From the NCBI GenBank assembly GCA_031254335.1, contig JAIRUP010000014.1, positions 3,043 through 67,042 on the forward strand: 64,000 bases of DNA, written 5' to 3'. Shown here one piece after another: positions 46,095 to 59,122 of the stretch. Source of the stretch: Rickettsiales bacterium. GTDB taxonomy: Bacteria; Pseudomonadota; Alphaproteobacteria; Rs-D84. Both the position numbers and the translations under genes were made by a program. The notes under the pieces are model-generated. The model worked only from the letters and a program-made list of their open reading frames with translations, did no database searches and had not been told where the DNA came from. Numbering within the stretch: position 1 is the first letter of the stretch; every line of letters starts with the position of its first letter.

Positions 46095-46145
46095 AATGCG
46101 CTCCTTTTTTGATTACAATCAGTCAAGCACACTAATTTGTATTTG

Positions 46146-47933
46146 TCAAGCGTCATGCTTGGTGGTTATAAATCCGTCCACTTGTAAATTCCAAAGGTTC
46201 GCGTAAATTCCATTTTGTTTGATTAGCTCGGCGTGCGTTCCCTGCTCCACTATTTTGCCCTTGTCCAGGACTATTATCCTGTCCATCTGGCGAAGCGTCG
46301 AAAGCCGGTGCGCGACGACCAGCGCGGTCTTGCCGTCCAGGAATTTCTTCATAGAGTTTTGGATTAGGGTTTCGGTTTTGGAGTCCAAAGCCGATGTCGC
46401 CTCGTCCATCACGACAATCGGCGCGTTCTTGCAGATAGTCCTCGCAATCGCCACGCGCTGGCGTTGTCCGCCGGACAATTTTATTCCGCGGTCGCCGACC
46501 GGCGTGTCGTATCCGTTCTCCATCTTCATTATGAATTCGTGCGAGCCGGCCTGTTTCGCCGCGGCGACTATGTCGTCCTTTTTCGCGCCTATTGCGCCGT
46601 ACGAGATATTCTCGGACAAGGTGCGGTTGAACAGGACGCTTTCCTGCGGCACGAATGAAATCGCGCCGCGAAGCGAATCCTGCCGGACGCTCCGTATGTC
46701 CTTGCCGTCGATGGAAATCTTTCCGGCGTTTATGTCATACAAACGCATAAGCAAATAAAGAAGCGTGCTTTTTCCGCCGCCGGACAATCCCACGATTCCG
46801 ACTTTTTCGCCGGGCATTATGCAAAGGTTCAGGTTCTTGAAGACGAACGGCCCGTCCTTGTCGTATTTGAACGAGATATTGTTGAAGTCGATACGGCACT
46901 TTTTGGGGTTAAGGCATTTCGCGGCCGGCGCGTCGGTTATCATGATTGGCTGGGATATGCTTTTATAGGCCTGCGCGACATCCGCAAGGTCGCCGCTGAT
47001 GTCGGGCAGCTTCCAGGTGGTGCGGCGCACCAGGCTCATCATCGTCCCGAAGGACATGAAGGCGAACGCGATGTCGCCGAGTTTAAGGTCGCCGACCGTG
47101 TAAAGCCACACCAGCAAAAATGTCAGGCCGATAAGGCACGCGTTCTCGAACGAGAACGGAAGTATCCAGAATTTCCGCTCGTGATAGCTTGCGATTTGGC
47201 GCGCTTTGTTGTGGCTGCCGCGGACCTTGTTCAGATACCTAGCCTCGACATCGTTGCGCGAAAAAAGTTTTATGTTCATGAAGTTCGATATGCTGTCCAC
47301 ATAGTTCGCCGTTACGATTGCGCCGATTTTTGACGCCTTCTTTCCGCTGGTCCAAAGGTCCTTCACATGGAGCGAACAGTGAATCAACCTGACGCCGGCG
47401 CACACCGAGAACAGCGTCGCCACCGCCCAATGGACTTTGAGGAGCAACGCGGCATTGACCGCTATGGCCAGGGCCAGGGAAAATATTTCGCTTACATGGT
47501 CGATTGCGATTTTCTGGTATTTGTTGTATATGTATCCGGCCTGCTCCACCAAAAATCCGGCGGAATTGTCCTTGAAGAACGCGATGGTCTGGCGCGACAG
47601 GCGGCGGTAGATTATGTCCGCGACACGGCTTTTTATAATGGGTGAAAAGTGGCCGCGCATCCACGACGACACTATGTCCGATGTAAGCCACGCGAGGTGC
47701 ATTCCCGCAATCAGAAGCAGAACGGGAAGCATTTGCTGTATAAGGGGCGTGTCCGCCGACGCGGTTTCGATTCCGTCCACCAGCCAGCGGACTGTTAAAG
47801 CGGGAAGGATTCCGCCCAAAACTTCGTTGATTGCGTAAAGAATCAGAAGCGCGGAAACATAAATCCAGAACTTCTTGGACAGCCACCAGTAAAACCCGAG
47901 TATGGTTTTGGGAAATAAATCGATTTTCTTCAT
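46146..47933 (-). CDS. ABC exporter, fused permease-ATPase (MsbA-like)
   Basis: It has a 6-TM domain, Walker A (GLSGGGKST), the signature LSGGQRQR and Walker B (VVMDEATS). Confidence 0.85.
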   Translation of the reverse strand: MKKIDLFPKTILGFYWWLSKKFWIYVSALLILYAINEVLGGILPALTVRWLVDGIETASADTPLIQQMLPVLLLIAGMHLAWLTSDIVSSWMRGHFSPIIKSRVADIIYRRLSRQTIAFFKDNSAGFLVEQAGYIYNKYQKIAIDHVSEIFSLALAIAVNAALLLKVHWAVATLFSVCAGVRLIHCSLHVKDLWTSGKKASKIGAIVTANYVDSISNFMNIKLFSRNDVEARYLNKVRGSHNKARQIASYHERKFWILPFSFENACLIGLTFLLVWLYTVGDLKLGDIAFAFMSFGTMMSLVRRTTWKLPDISGDLADVAQAYKSISQPIMITDAPAAKCLNPKKCRIDFNNISFKYDKDGPFVFKNLNLCIMPGEKVGIVGLSGGGKSTLLYLLMRLYDINAGKISIDGKDIRSVRQDSLRGAISFVPQESVLFNRTLSENISYGAIGAKKDDIVAAAKQAGSHEFIMKMENGYDTPVGDRGIKLSGGQRQRVAIARTICKNAPIVVMDEATSALDSKTETLIQNSMKKFLDGKTALVVAHRLSTLRQMDRIIVLDKGKIVEQGTHAELIKQNGIYANLWNLQVDGFITTKHDA

Positions 47934-47951
47934 GTGGGAATTATAGCATAT

Positions 47952-49850
47952 TCAGCGGCCGTTTCCTATGATTTTATCGATATAGTGTTGAAGCGTTTGC
48001 TCGGCTTCGCCGCGGAACATTTGCAGGAAATTTTCCATTTCGCAGGTCCCGAAATCCTTCTCGTAAATGTATTTGATGTTTTTGACGAACGGGCAAAGCG
48101 ACCAGTCCTGCTTTATAAGCGCGGGGCAGCGCGATTTGATTTTAAGCGGATTTTTTCCGTGGTTCGGGAATTCGCAGTGAATCTTGGCCGCTTCGGCGGA
48201 GCTTGAATGGTGGTATTTGACATACACGCGCTTCATCTTCCAGCTTACCCGTTTGTAAAGCCACTCTCCTTCCAGGTCCGGGTATTCGCCGTTTTCCTTG
48301 TCGACCCAAAGGCGCAAATATCGCTTGCCGTTTATGGTCGTCAGGTCGTAGATTGTCTTTTCGATTGTATAGCTTCGGGATTTTTTCAAGTCCATGAACA
48401 TCATGACGGCGGGGCATATTTTTTTTCCAAGCTCGTTCTTGGCCCTGCGCTTGTCGCGGGTCCTGTCCCGGGATTCGCGCTCTGCGGGCGTTATGCTTGT
48501 GGCGTTGCCATAGCGGTTTTCGTATTCGCCGCTGTCCCTGCGGGCTTGCCTTTTTTCAAGGTTGTAAATGCGGCGCGTCTCGCGGCGCATATGCGCGCGC
48601 ATTCTGGCCGCGCCGCGCGTCAGCTCGCCAAGCAGCTTCATGTCGACATCGATTCCGCGCGCGGCGGGTTCGCTTTTGATTACATCCATGTTCAGCTTGG
48701 AAAGTTTCAAAGGGGTTATGGAAAAATCCGCCAAAAGCCCGATGTATCTGAACGCGGCGGGCGTGATATACGCCTTGCCCCGCATTATAGATTCCAGCTG
48801 CGCCTCGCTGAAAAGCCCGCCCAGCTTCGCCATGAACGATTCCAAAGAATCGCTCTTCGTCGAAATATAAAGTTCCGTGAAGACTTCGGCCAGGGAATTT
48901 ATGCGCGTCTTCGATACGCCCCACGCTATCTTCAAATTGTCGGCAATCAGATACTGGCCGAGCATTTTCCTGTCGCGGTCGACATTGTCGCGGAATTCCT
49001 CGAACGAGCTGGACGGCGGAATATATTTCCCGGCGGATTTTTTCCTGGCTCCCGGCTCGGAAAGGCTAAGGCCGAGCTCTTTCAATACTTCGCCGAGGCC
49101 GGCGGCGTTGTCCCCGTCGAATCCCTTTTCGAGCATGAGTTTTTTTATCGCCGCGAAAATTTCGCCGGCGTCCTTGAAGTGGCTTGTCGCGTCCATCTTG
49201 AATTCCAGCCCGGCCATGATATGCTTCGTTCCGTCCGGCGATTTTTCCGTCTTTTCCAACGCGGGCGCGTCTATCGTTTTGGTGGGCAGTCGCAGCATGG
49301 CGCAGGCCTGTGTGTCGCCTTCGCGGTAATAAATCATGCCGCCGAAGAAATTATATGCGTCAAGGGCGGACTTCATCCTGAATTTGGAGATGTCCAAACG
49401 CCAATGCTTTGTTATGATTCCGAAAATCCTGTCCGAAAGCCACGGCCTTAATGCCGAAGGGTCGCATTCGTGTTCCCAGTCGGTCCGGGGAAGGACTCCG
49501 TCGAAGCTTGGATAATCGACCTTGATTATGTCTTCGCGCGCGGGGACGAAGCGTTCGATAAGCCCGTCGCCGCGGATGTATTTCTTTTGCGGAAGAACGC
49601 GTATTGGTTCGGGCAAAGGCTCTTCGCCGTCTGGGATTTTTTCGCGCTTTCTTATAAGGATGAATTTGTCGGTCGCCTCGTAATAGCGCGAGCCGCGGCC
49701 GTCGTCGTAGATATTGACGCAGCACAAGCCCGGGCGAAGCTCGTCGTGGGCGGCGACGGCTTGGGCGCAATCTGCGAAAATACGGATGTCGAGAGATACG
49801 GCCACTTCGGTTTCCTTTGTCGCATTCTCCCTTGGCGGAAATGCTAGCAC
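47952..49850 (-). CDS. Large hypothetical protein of 632 aa with a Cys-rich C-terminal tail
   Basis: Long clean ORF with no recognisable catalytic motif. It has a Lys/Arg/Glu-rich central region. Confidence 0.5.
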   Translation of the reverse strand: MLAFPPRENATKETEVAVSLDIRIFADCAQAVAAHDELRPGLCCVNIYDDGRGSRYYEATDKFILIRKREKIPDGEEPLPEPIRVLPQKKYIRGDGLIERFVPAREDIIKVDYPSFDGVLPRTDWEHECDPSALRPWLSDRIFGIITKHWRLDISKFRMKSALDAYNFFGGMIYYREGDTQACAMLRLPTKTIDAPALEKTEKSPDGTKHIMAGLEFKMDATSHFKDAGEIFAAIKKLMLEKGFDGDNAAGLGEVLKELGLSLSEPGARKKSAGKYIPPSSSFEEFRDNVDRDRKMLGQYLIADNLKIAWGVSKTRINSLAEVFTELYISTKSDSLESFMAKLGGLFSEAQLESIMRGKAYITPAAFRYIGLLADFSITPLKLSKLNMDVIKSEPAARGIDVDMKLLGELTRGAARMRAHMRRETRRIYNLEKRQARRDSGEYENRYGNATSITPAERESRDRTRDKRRAKNELGKKICPAVMMFMDLKKSRSYTIEKTIYDLTTINGKRYLRLWVDKENGEYPDLEGEWLYKRVSWKMKRVYVKYHHSSSAEAAKIHCEFPNHGKNPLKIKSRCPALIKQDWSLCPFVKNIKYIYEKDFGTCEMENFLQMFRGEAEQTLQHYIDKIIGNGR

Positions 49851-49908
49851 CCGAAAATGCTTGCGTCAAGCCCCCGTTTGGGCTATCTTTTTGGAAAAGG
49901 GGAATACA

Positions 49909-50442
49909 ATGCGAAAACTTTTAACGGCGATTTTTATGATTGCCATAACCGCGGGAGCGAATGCGATGGACAAGGAAAACACCATATATCTGGACCTTAA
50001 AGACGGGCGCGTTGTTATAGAGCTTGACCCGGGCGTCGCGCCGAATCATGTCGCGCGCATAAAGGAATTGACGCGCGCGGGATTTTACGACGGCGTGAAA
50101 TTTCACCGCGTGATTCCGGGATTCATGGCGCAGACCGGCGACCCGACCGGGACGGGTTCCGGCGGAACCGGCAAAAAGCTGATGGCGGAATTCAATAGGA
50201 CGCCGCATGTCAGGGGCGTGGTCTCGATGGCGCGCGCGAACGATGTTAACAGCGCGGACAGCCAGTTCTTTATCGTTTTCGCGGACGCGCGGTTTCTTGA
50301 CGGGCAATATACGGCCTTCGGCAAAGTGTCGAGCGGCATGGAATTCGTGGATAAGATAAAGGCGGGGACAAGCGCGAACAATGGCGCGGTATCGGACCCG
50401 GACACGATTGTTAAAATGCAAGTCGCATCCGACGCGGAATAA
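49909..50442 (+). CDS. ppiA: Cyclophilin-type peptidyl-prolyl cis-trans isomerase, periplasmic
   Basis: It has a signal peptide, and the segment HRVIPGFMAQTGDP...GKKL.AEF is the cyclophilin signature. The start follows an AAAAGGGGA ribosome-binding site; the ORF track starts upstream at 49714. Confidence 0.8.
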   Translation: MRKLLTAIFMIAITAGANAMDKENTIYLDLKDGRVVIELDPGVAPNHVARIKELTRAGFYDGVKFHRVIPGFMAQTGDPTGTGSGGTGKKLMAEFNRTPHVRGVVSMARANDVNSADSQFFIVFADARFLDGQYTAFGKVSSGMEFVDKIKAGTSANNGAVSDPDTIVKMQVASDAE

Positions 50443-50448
50443 TACGGC

Positions 50449-50991
50449 ATGAGAAAATTGTTGGTTAATATCATTTGCGCCTTTGTGCCGTCCGGGAAAT
50501 ATAGGAGACGCCTGCGCAGAATGCTGTCGTATAAAAAACCCCAAAAAAAATACGACTGCATATTTTCCTTCGGTCATGCGTGCAATACGGCGACTATGCT
50601 GAACCGCATCGGATTGCGCAAGTTCAGCGCGCCGCTCGATTGGGTATATGGCTGCGATTTCCAAGAAAGGTTCGCTATGTTCCTAGAAGGATTCCCGCAT
50701 TTTTTTGACAAGAAAGACTTGAAATTCCTTGAAACATATAAAATAGGCGATAGGACGACGGCGGTATATAAAAATACCAGGACAGGAATAGTGTTCAACC
50801 ATGATTTCGCGGCGGAGGTCGGATTTGATTCGGAATATCTGACGGTTGCTGAAAAATACGCCAGGCGCATAAGCCGCCTTATTGGAAAAATAAATAAATG
50901 CAGGCGCACGCTTATTGTATATGCCGAAGAACGCGGGGGGGGGTCGTATCTCTCTCGCCCGGTCTTCCGCGCCCTGCGCTGGGGGCAGTGA
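50449..50991 (+). CDS. DUF1796 family protein (putative papain-like cysteine peptidase), possibly truncated at a poly-G9 tract
   Basis: The motif DCIFSFGHACNTATMLNRIGLRKFSAPLDWVY matches DUF1796. The poly-G tract at 50935-50943 lies near the 3' end. Confidence 0.55.
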   Translation: MRKLLVNIICAFVPSGKYRRRLRRMLSYKKPQKKYDCIFSFGHACNTATMLNRIGLRKFSAPLDWVYGCDFQERFAMFLEGFPHFFDKKDLKFLETYKIGDRTTAVYKNTRTGIVFNHDFAAEVGFDSEYLTVAEKYARRISRLIGKINKCRRTLIVYAEERGGGSYLSRPVFRALRWGQ

Positions 50992-51142
50992 CTATCGGTT
51001 TTCGGGCATAATATATGTCCGCCCGAAAAAGGCATAAACCCTAGGGATTTTGCGGGGCATATAGAGTCAGAGCAGGAAGAATCCCGCAGAACTGCGGGCT
51101 TTGCGGCCTTATTCGGCATAGACCATATACATCTAGTAATTC

Positions 51143-51232
51143 TGGCGGACGGGGTGGGATTTGAACCCACGATACCCTTGCGGGTATGCCGCATTTCGAG
51201 TGCGGTACAATCAACCGCTCTGCCACCCGTCC
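51143..51232 (-). tRNA. tRNA-Ser (CGA), class II
   Basis: On the reverse complement: acceptor stem GGACGGG/CCCGTCC with GCCA, anticodon loop CTCGAAA, a long variable arm, and T-arm GTGGGTTCAAATCCCAC. Confidence 0.85.
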
Positions 51233-51269
51233 GTTTGGAAAAGTATAATTGGATTTTGCGGAATTGCAA

Positions 51270-51500
51270 TCAGTTTTTTAGGCGGTCTTTTCTTTTCAGA
51301 AGCTGGGCCGTGCGGTAAATCTGGATGAAAATCAGCGCGGCGTTCAGGAACATTATGGAATACGAGCCGATTAGCGCGCCGTATATCACGAACAGGGCCG
51401 CGCCGACCGCGTTGATGGACCTTATATAAAGCCGCGTCTTCATTAAAAACGAAGTTATTACGAACAGCGACGCCGCAATTCCGATTATCTCATAGTTCAT
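51270..51500 (-). CDS. Small integral membrane protein of 76 aa
   Basis: Two TM helices, with a GAGGGA ribosome-binding site. Confidence 0.45.
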   Translation of the reverse strand: MNYEIIGIAASLFVITSFLMKTRLYIRSINAVGAALFVIYGALIGSYSIMFLNAALIFIQIYRTAQLLKRKDRLKN

Positions 51501-51511
51501 GGTTCCCTCGT

Positions 51512-51580
51512 TATATTGTGTCGCCTACGGCGACGGTTATTACCTGGGTCCTCGGGTCAAGCCCGAGGATGACAATTTTT
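51512..51580 (-). repeat. Family-B element in inverted orientation (hairpin 2 TGTCGCCTACGGCGACGG, then ATTACCTGGGTCCTCGGGTCAAGCCCGAGGATGACAAT)
   Basis: Reverse complement of the B consensus. Confidence 0.7.
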
Positions 51581-51740
51581 AATAAGGCCAAAAAAATCTT
51601 ACCGAGGTCGCGTTTTCGAGGATAAATCGTTCAATGCGCGGGAAAACCGACCCGAGTCTGGACTTGACGGTCCGCGAGGTGTCGGTTTTCCAAGCAAGTG
51701 GGCGATTTAGACCGAAAACGAAAAACCGAGGTTATGATTT
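51581..51740 (+). repeat. Full-length family-D element
   Basis: It has the 5' box CGCGTTTTCGAGGATAAATCG. The long hairpin pairs GGAAAACCGAC with GTCGGTTTTCC. It also has the box AGTGGGCGATTTAGACC. Confidence 0.7.
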
Positions 51741-51749
51741 TTTATCTTA

Positions 51750-52121
51750 TTAATTGCCGGTGCCGGAAGCCTGGACGACATCGTAGTTTTTGATTTTATC
51801 CTTGGCGTCGAACTTCACATACAGCGCCGTTATGTCATAGCTGAAATCGTCCTGGAAAAGCGAGATGATGGGGCCTGCAATCGGAACCAGCCAAATGTGC
51901 CTCCCGCTGCCGTCGACGCGGCTGTATTCATAGACTTCGTTCCCGTCCTTCTTGAACATGAGCGAGGGCGAGCCGTAAAGGTCGCGCACATCGGCCTTGG
52001 TGCTCGCGTCCTTCATCTGCTTGTCGATTTTGGACTGGCTGCTTCCCAGTTTCTCGTTGCCGATTGTGTTCGTGCAGGCCGCGGCACTAAGGGCAAGAAT
52101 TGCTATGATTAGGTTTCTCAT
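51750..52121 (-). CDS. Outer-membrane lipoprotein, BamE (SmpA/OmlA)-like
   Basis: Lipobox LSAAAC, and the pattern TKADVRDLYGSPSLM....NEVYEY resembles BamE. Confidence 0.45.
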   Translation of the reverse strand: MRNLIIAILALSAAACTNTIGNEKLGSSQSKIDKQMKDASTKADVRDLYGSPSLMFKKDGNEVYEYSRVDGSGRHIWLVPIAGPIISLFQDDFSYDITALYVKFDAKDKIKNYDVVQASGTGN

Positions 52122-52810
52122 TATCGGACCTCTTTTTCAAGCGATTGCAGTTTTTTATCGTCCAGTTCGGCGCGGGTCTTGGCGCGGACCGAGGCGAAGC
52201 GCACGATGAAGTCCTTGCCGAATTCCTCCTTCCATTCGCGGCGCTGCTCGTCGCCGATATTGTCGGAATCGTCTTCAAGTTTGAAGCTCGGCATTTTCAG
52301 GCTTCCGTCCTTGTTGGTCGCGCCCTTTTCGGGTTTTTCCATCTGGAAATGGCCGAGATAGACGACTTCCTGGGGTTTCACTGCGAAGGTTATCACCTTG
52401 TCCTGCTCGAAATGCTCGTGCGTTATGACATGGACGGTGGTCACGGTCATATTGCCCTGCCTTTGCGTGGTCGTATAAACATAGCGCAGATAAAGGTTCG
52501 TTACCTCGTATTCGCCGATGGGAAGCATGGCGGTCGCGAATTCGTCGCCGCCCAATTTCGTTTTCACGAAATACATCTCGCCGGTCTGCTTGTTCTTGAA
52601 GGACATTATATTGTCGTAGACGGTTCCGAAGAATCCGTCGCTGGAAAGGTTGTCGGACATCGAAAGTATGATTTGCCCGCGGCCGCCCTGCTCGAATATT
52701 TCGGAATGGTGTTGCAGCGACGCGTTCAGGAGGTTGCCCTCGCCCGGAGTTTTCGGGAACGAGCATGCGCCCGCCATAAGCGCGCAGCAGAGTAAGACCA
52801 GTTTTTTCAT
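52121..52810 (-). CDS. Hypothetical lipoprotein of 229 aa
   Basis: Signal peptide plus lipobox LMAGAC. Confidence 0.5.
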   Translation of the reverse strand: MKKLVLLCCALMAGACSFPKTPGEGNLLNASLQHHSEIFEQGGRGQIILSMSDNLSSDGFFGTVYDNIMSFKNKQTGEMYFVKTKLGGDEFATAMLPIGEYEVTNLYLRYVYTTTQRQGNMTVTTVHVITHEHFEQDKVITFAVKPQEVVYLGHFQMEKPEKGATNKDGSLKMPSFKLEDDSDNIGDEQRREWKEEFGKDFIVRFASVRAKTRAELDDKKLQSLEKEVR

Positions 52811-52823
52811 ATTTAGCCCTTTT

Positions 52824-55328
52824 TTATTCGTCGGACCATGTTATTTCAGGCCCGGACTCTAATCCCATCTTGAACTCTAATTCCGAAACATTCAAGACAT
52901 TTTTTATATCCGCTTCGGCCGCGCGCAAATCCGCGTCGTCCTTGATTGCCAGCCTTTTGATTCCCTTTTTCATCGAGAAATTGTTTTCGGATTTTTTGCC
53001 GCGGACGAAGGACACCAGCCCGCGGACTTTCTCGTATATTTCCGCGCCGGGCAGCGGCCATTCCCATTTCTTCCAAAGCGCGGGATGAAGGCAGAGGTGG
53101 ATTGATTTTTGGATGTCGTTTTTATTGTCCAGCGACCATTCCTTGAATTTTTGATAGGGGTGCGCCTGGAAAATTTCCTCGGCTATGAAGGGCATGAAGG
53201 GCGCGGACATCGCGGCGAATTCCAGAATCGCGTTCCGCAAATGTTTAAGCGCGGAATCGTCGCCGGCGTATGCGCGGCCTTTCACGATTTCGAGATAATT
53301 GTCGCAGAAATCCCAGAACGCCTGTTCCGTCGCTATAAGCGCGCCGGTATGGTCGTTTTGCTCGAAATATTTTTTGGATTCTTCCGCGGCCTGCTCCAAT
53401 TTTTTCGCATAGGCCAAATCGACGGGATTGTCGGACGGCAGTATCGCTATGTTTTTCGTGTCGCCGGCGAATCCATAGACGAACTTGGCGGCGTTGAAGA
53501 ACTTCATGACCAGCTTTCGCTTTTGCTCCATGATTTTTTCGTCCGCGATTCCGTCGGTCCCCCACTTCGCGCTGGCGGCCCATACGCGGATTGCGTCCGC
53601 GCCGAACTTGTCCACAAGCTCTTTCGGGACGACGACATTGCCTTTGGATTTCGACATCTTCTTCCTGTCCGGGTCAAGCACGAATCCGTTAATCCAAAGC
53701 TGTTCCCACGGAAGTTCGCCCCCGAAGTTCAGCATTGTTATAAGGACGGTGCAGAAATCCCAGGTCCTTATTATGTCATGCCCGTTCCAGCGCGCGCTGA
53801 ACGGCACCGACAGATTTTTCGCGTCGGTTTTCGCCATTGCGATTGCGGGCGTCAGCGCGCTTGTCGCCCAAGTGTCTATGACATCGGGGTCGGCGGCGAA
53901 GCCGTTCGGTTGGTTTCGTTGCGCTTCGGAGAATCCGGCGGGAACATCGGTCGCCGGGTCGCACGGAAGCTTGTCGGATAAAATCGGTTCGTCGTGAATC
54001 GGACTGCCCTTCGCGTCCAGTTTATACCAGACCGGGAACGGCACGCCGAAGAACCGCTGGCGCGAAATCAGCCAGTCCTGGTTTATTCCGTCGGCCCAGT
54101 TTATGAAGCGCGCCTTCATGTGTTCGGGCGTCCATTTGATTTTTCCGGCGGCCTGGACCATCGCCTCTTTCTTGTCCATCATGGATACGAACCATTGGCG
54201 CGAGGACACGAACTCTATCGGCGAGTCGCCCTTCTCGTAGAATTTCACGGCGTGCGTTATTGGTTTCGGCTCGCCGATTAAATCGCCGGATTCGCGCAGC
54301 ATTTCCACGATTTTCTTCCGAGCCTGCTTGACGCGAAGGCCTTCCAGTTCCGGGACGTCGAAGATTTTTCCGTCGCGCCCGATGATTTGTTTAAGGGGCA
54401 TTTTATGCGTCTTCCAAAAATTCACATCTTCCTGGTCGCCGAAGGTGCAGACCATCATGATGCCGGTGCCTTTTTCGGGATTCGCGTGTTCTGACGGCAT
54501 GATTGGGACTTCCGTCTTGAATATCGGACTGGTCGCGGTCTTGCCGAAGAATTTTTTATAGCGCAAATCGTCGGGGTGCGCGACGATTGCGATAATCGCG
54601 GGAAGAAGTTCCGGCCGCGTCGTGGCGATTGTGAATTCGTCGCTTCCGCACTTGAATCTGATGTCGTGGAAATGTCCGGCGATTTCCTTGTCCTCGATTT
54701 CGGCCTGGGCGACGGCGGTTTGGAAATCGACATCCCACATGGTCGGGGCCTCGACGGATTTCACATTGCCGGACTTGTATAGTTTGATGAAGGATTCCTG
54801 CGCAAGCCGTATAGCGTCCGGCGAAATCGTGGAATACATCAGCGACCAGTCGTATGACATCCCGGTTCCGCGGAAGATATTCTCGAATATCTTCTCGTCC
54901 TGGTCCACAAGGGCGCGGCAATGCTCTATGAAGTTCCGGCGCGATACGGGCGTCTGCGGCGCGTCGAACTTATCCTTATGCTCGGCCTTGAAATTCGGGT
55001 CGTATGCAAGGGTCGGGTCGCACTTTATATTGAAGTAGTTCTGCACGCGCCGTTCGGTCGGAAGGCCGTTGTCGTCCCAGCCGATTGGGAAGAAGATGTT
55101 TTTGCCAAGCATGCGCTGAAAGCGCGCGCCGATGTCCGCCTGGGTGTATCCGAAGATGTGGCCGATATGAAGCGAGCCGGAAACGGTCGGCGGCGGGGTG
55201 TCCAGGGCGAATGTTTCCGCGCGCGGACGGGCCGGGTCGAACTTATAAATCTGTTCTTTGTCCCAAAAGGAAGTCCATCGGTTTTCGATTGCCTGATGGT
55301 CGTATCTGTCGTCTAGTTTGTGTGTCAT
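52824..55328 (-). CDS. valS: Valyl-tRNA synthetase
   Basis: HIGH motif (SGSLHIGH) and KMSKS are present. At 834 aa it is a compact form. Confidence 0.9.
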   Translation of the reverse strand: MTHKLDDRYDHQAIENRWTSFWDKEQIYKFDPARPRAETFALDTPPPTVSGSLHIGHIFGYTQADIGARFQRMLGKNIFFPIGWDDNGLPTERRVQNYFNIKCDPTLAYDPNFKAEHKDKFDAPQTPVSRRNFIEHCRALVDQDEKIFENIFRGTGMSYDWSLMYSTISPDAIRLAQESFIKLYKSGNVKSVEAPTMWDVDFQTAVAQAEIEDKEIAGHFHDIRFKCGSDEFTIATTRPELLPAIIAIVAHPDDLRYKKFFGKTATSPIFKTEVPIMPSEHANPEKGTGIMMVCTFGDQEDVNFWKTHKMPLKQIIGRDGKIFDVPELEGLRVKQARKKIVEMLRESGDLIGEPKPITHAVKFYEKGDSPIEFVSSRQWFVSMMDKKEAMVQAAGKIKWTPEHMKARFINWADGINQDWLISRQRFFGVPFPVWYKLDAKGSPIHDEPILSDKLPCDPATDVPAGFSEAQRNQPNGFAADPDVIDTWATSALTPAIAMAKTDAKNLSVPFSARWNGHDIIRTWDFCTVLITMLNFGGELPWEQLWINGFVLDPDRKKMSKSKGNVVVPKELVDKFGADAIRVWAASAKWGTDGIADEKIMEQKRKLVMKFFNAAKFVYGFAGDTKNIAILPSDNPVDLAYAKKLEQAAEESKKYFEQNDHTGALIATEQAFWDFCDNYLEIVKGRAYAGDDSALKHLRNAILEFAAMSAPFMPFIAEEIFQAHPYQKFKEWSLDNKNDIQKSIHLCLHPALWKKWEWPLPGAEIYEKVRGLVSFVRGKKSENNFSMKKGIKRLAIKDDADLRAAEADIKNVLNVSELEFKMGLESGPEITWSDE

Positions 55329-55340
55329 GGCTTATTTTTA

Positions 55341-58216
<2,876 letters not shown>

Positions 58217-58239
58217 TTAAAATTAAATTAATAAGCTCA

Positions 58240-58300
58240 TAATGAACTCAAAAAATAATTAGGCCAATCGCGTTTTCGAGAATAAAACGCGATTGGCCTT
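58240..58300 (+). repeat. Short-form family-D element: 15-bp perfect hairpin GGCCAATCGCGTTTT / AAAACGCGATTGGCC flanked by A-run and T-run
   Basis: It sits between the fabI stop and the ligA start, and is terminator-like for fabI on the minus strand. Confidence 0.65.
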
Positions 58301-59110
58301 TTATTTTTTGGCCGCTAATATAAGGTCTTTGGCTTCATTGGATACCGAGCCGGTCGAATGATAGCCGCAGTCGACATGGTGTATTTCGCCCGTAACGCCG
58401 CTCGACAAATCGCTGAACATATAAAGTCCCGCGCCCGCGACATCGTCCAGCGTTATGTTTCTGCGCATCGGCGTCAAGAGCTCGTTCAAATCCAAAAGCG
58501 ACTTGAAGTCCCCGACCCCGGACGAGGCCAGCGTGCGGATGGGTCCGGCGGAAATCGCGTTCACGCGGATGTTCTTCGGTCCGCAGTCGGCGGCCAAATA
58601 TCTGACGGAAGAATCCAAGGCGGATTTGGCGACGCCCATCACATTGTAATTCGGAATCGATTTCTCGCCGCCGAAATATGTGAGGGTCAGAATGCTTCCG
58701 CCGTTCTTCATAAGCGGGACGCTTCGGCGCGTTATGTCGACCAGCGAATAGACCGAAATGTCCATCGTGTTCTTGAAATTTTCGCGCGTGGTGTTCGCGT
58801 AATATTCGCCGGTAAGCTCGGACTTGTCGGAAAACGCGATGGCGTGGAGGACGAAGTCCAGGCCGCCCCATTCTTTCCCTATGGCGCCGAAAAGCGCGTC
58901 CATCTGCGCGTCGTTCTGGACATTCGTTTCCATGACGAATTTCGCGCCGATGGAATCGGCCAACGGCTGCACGCGCTTTTCAAGCTGCGGGATTCCGTAG
59001 GGCATGGCGATTTGCGCGCCGTTGTCCGCGCAGATTTTGGCGATGGCCCAGGCCATCGACATATCGTTCGCTACGCCCATTATAAGGCCGCGCTTTCCTT
59101 TCAATAACAT
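58301..59110 (-). CDS. fabI: Enoyl-[acyl-carrier-protein] reductase (NADH)
   Basis: SDR fold with the N-terminus GKRGLIMGVANDMS and the catalytic Y..K. Confidence 0.9.
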   Translation of the reverse strand: MLLKGKRGLIMGVANDMSMAWAIAKICADNGAQIAMPYGIPQLEKRVQPLADSIGAKFVMETNVQNDAQMDALFGAIGKEWGGLDFVLHAIAFSDKSELTGEYYANTTRENFKNTMDISVYSLVDITRRSVPLMKNGGSILTLTYFGGEKSIPNYNVMGVAKSALDSSVRYLAADCGPKNIRVNAISAGPIRTLASSGVGDFKSLLDLNELLTPMRRNITLDDVAGAGLYMFSDLSSGVTGEIHHVDCGYHSTGSVSNEAKDLILAAKK

Positions 59111-59122
59111 TTTATGAACTCC

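Noticed and set aside
48207-49451. ORF 48207..49451+ (414 aa)
   Set aside because: It is antisense to the 632-aa ORF. The minus-strand frame is longer and has a coherent start and ribosome-binding-site context.
50574-51269. ORF 50574..51269- (231 aa)
   Set aside because: It overlaps the tRNA-Ser gene and the DUF1796 gene, so it is not coding.
53109-54281. Plus-strand ORFs inside valS (53109..53981, 53485..53997, 53994..54281)
   Set aside because: They are antisense to valS.
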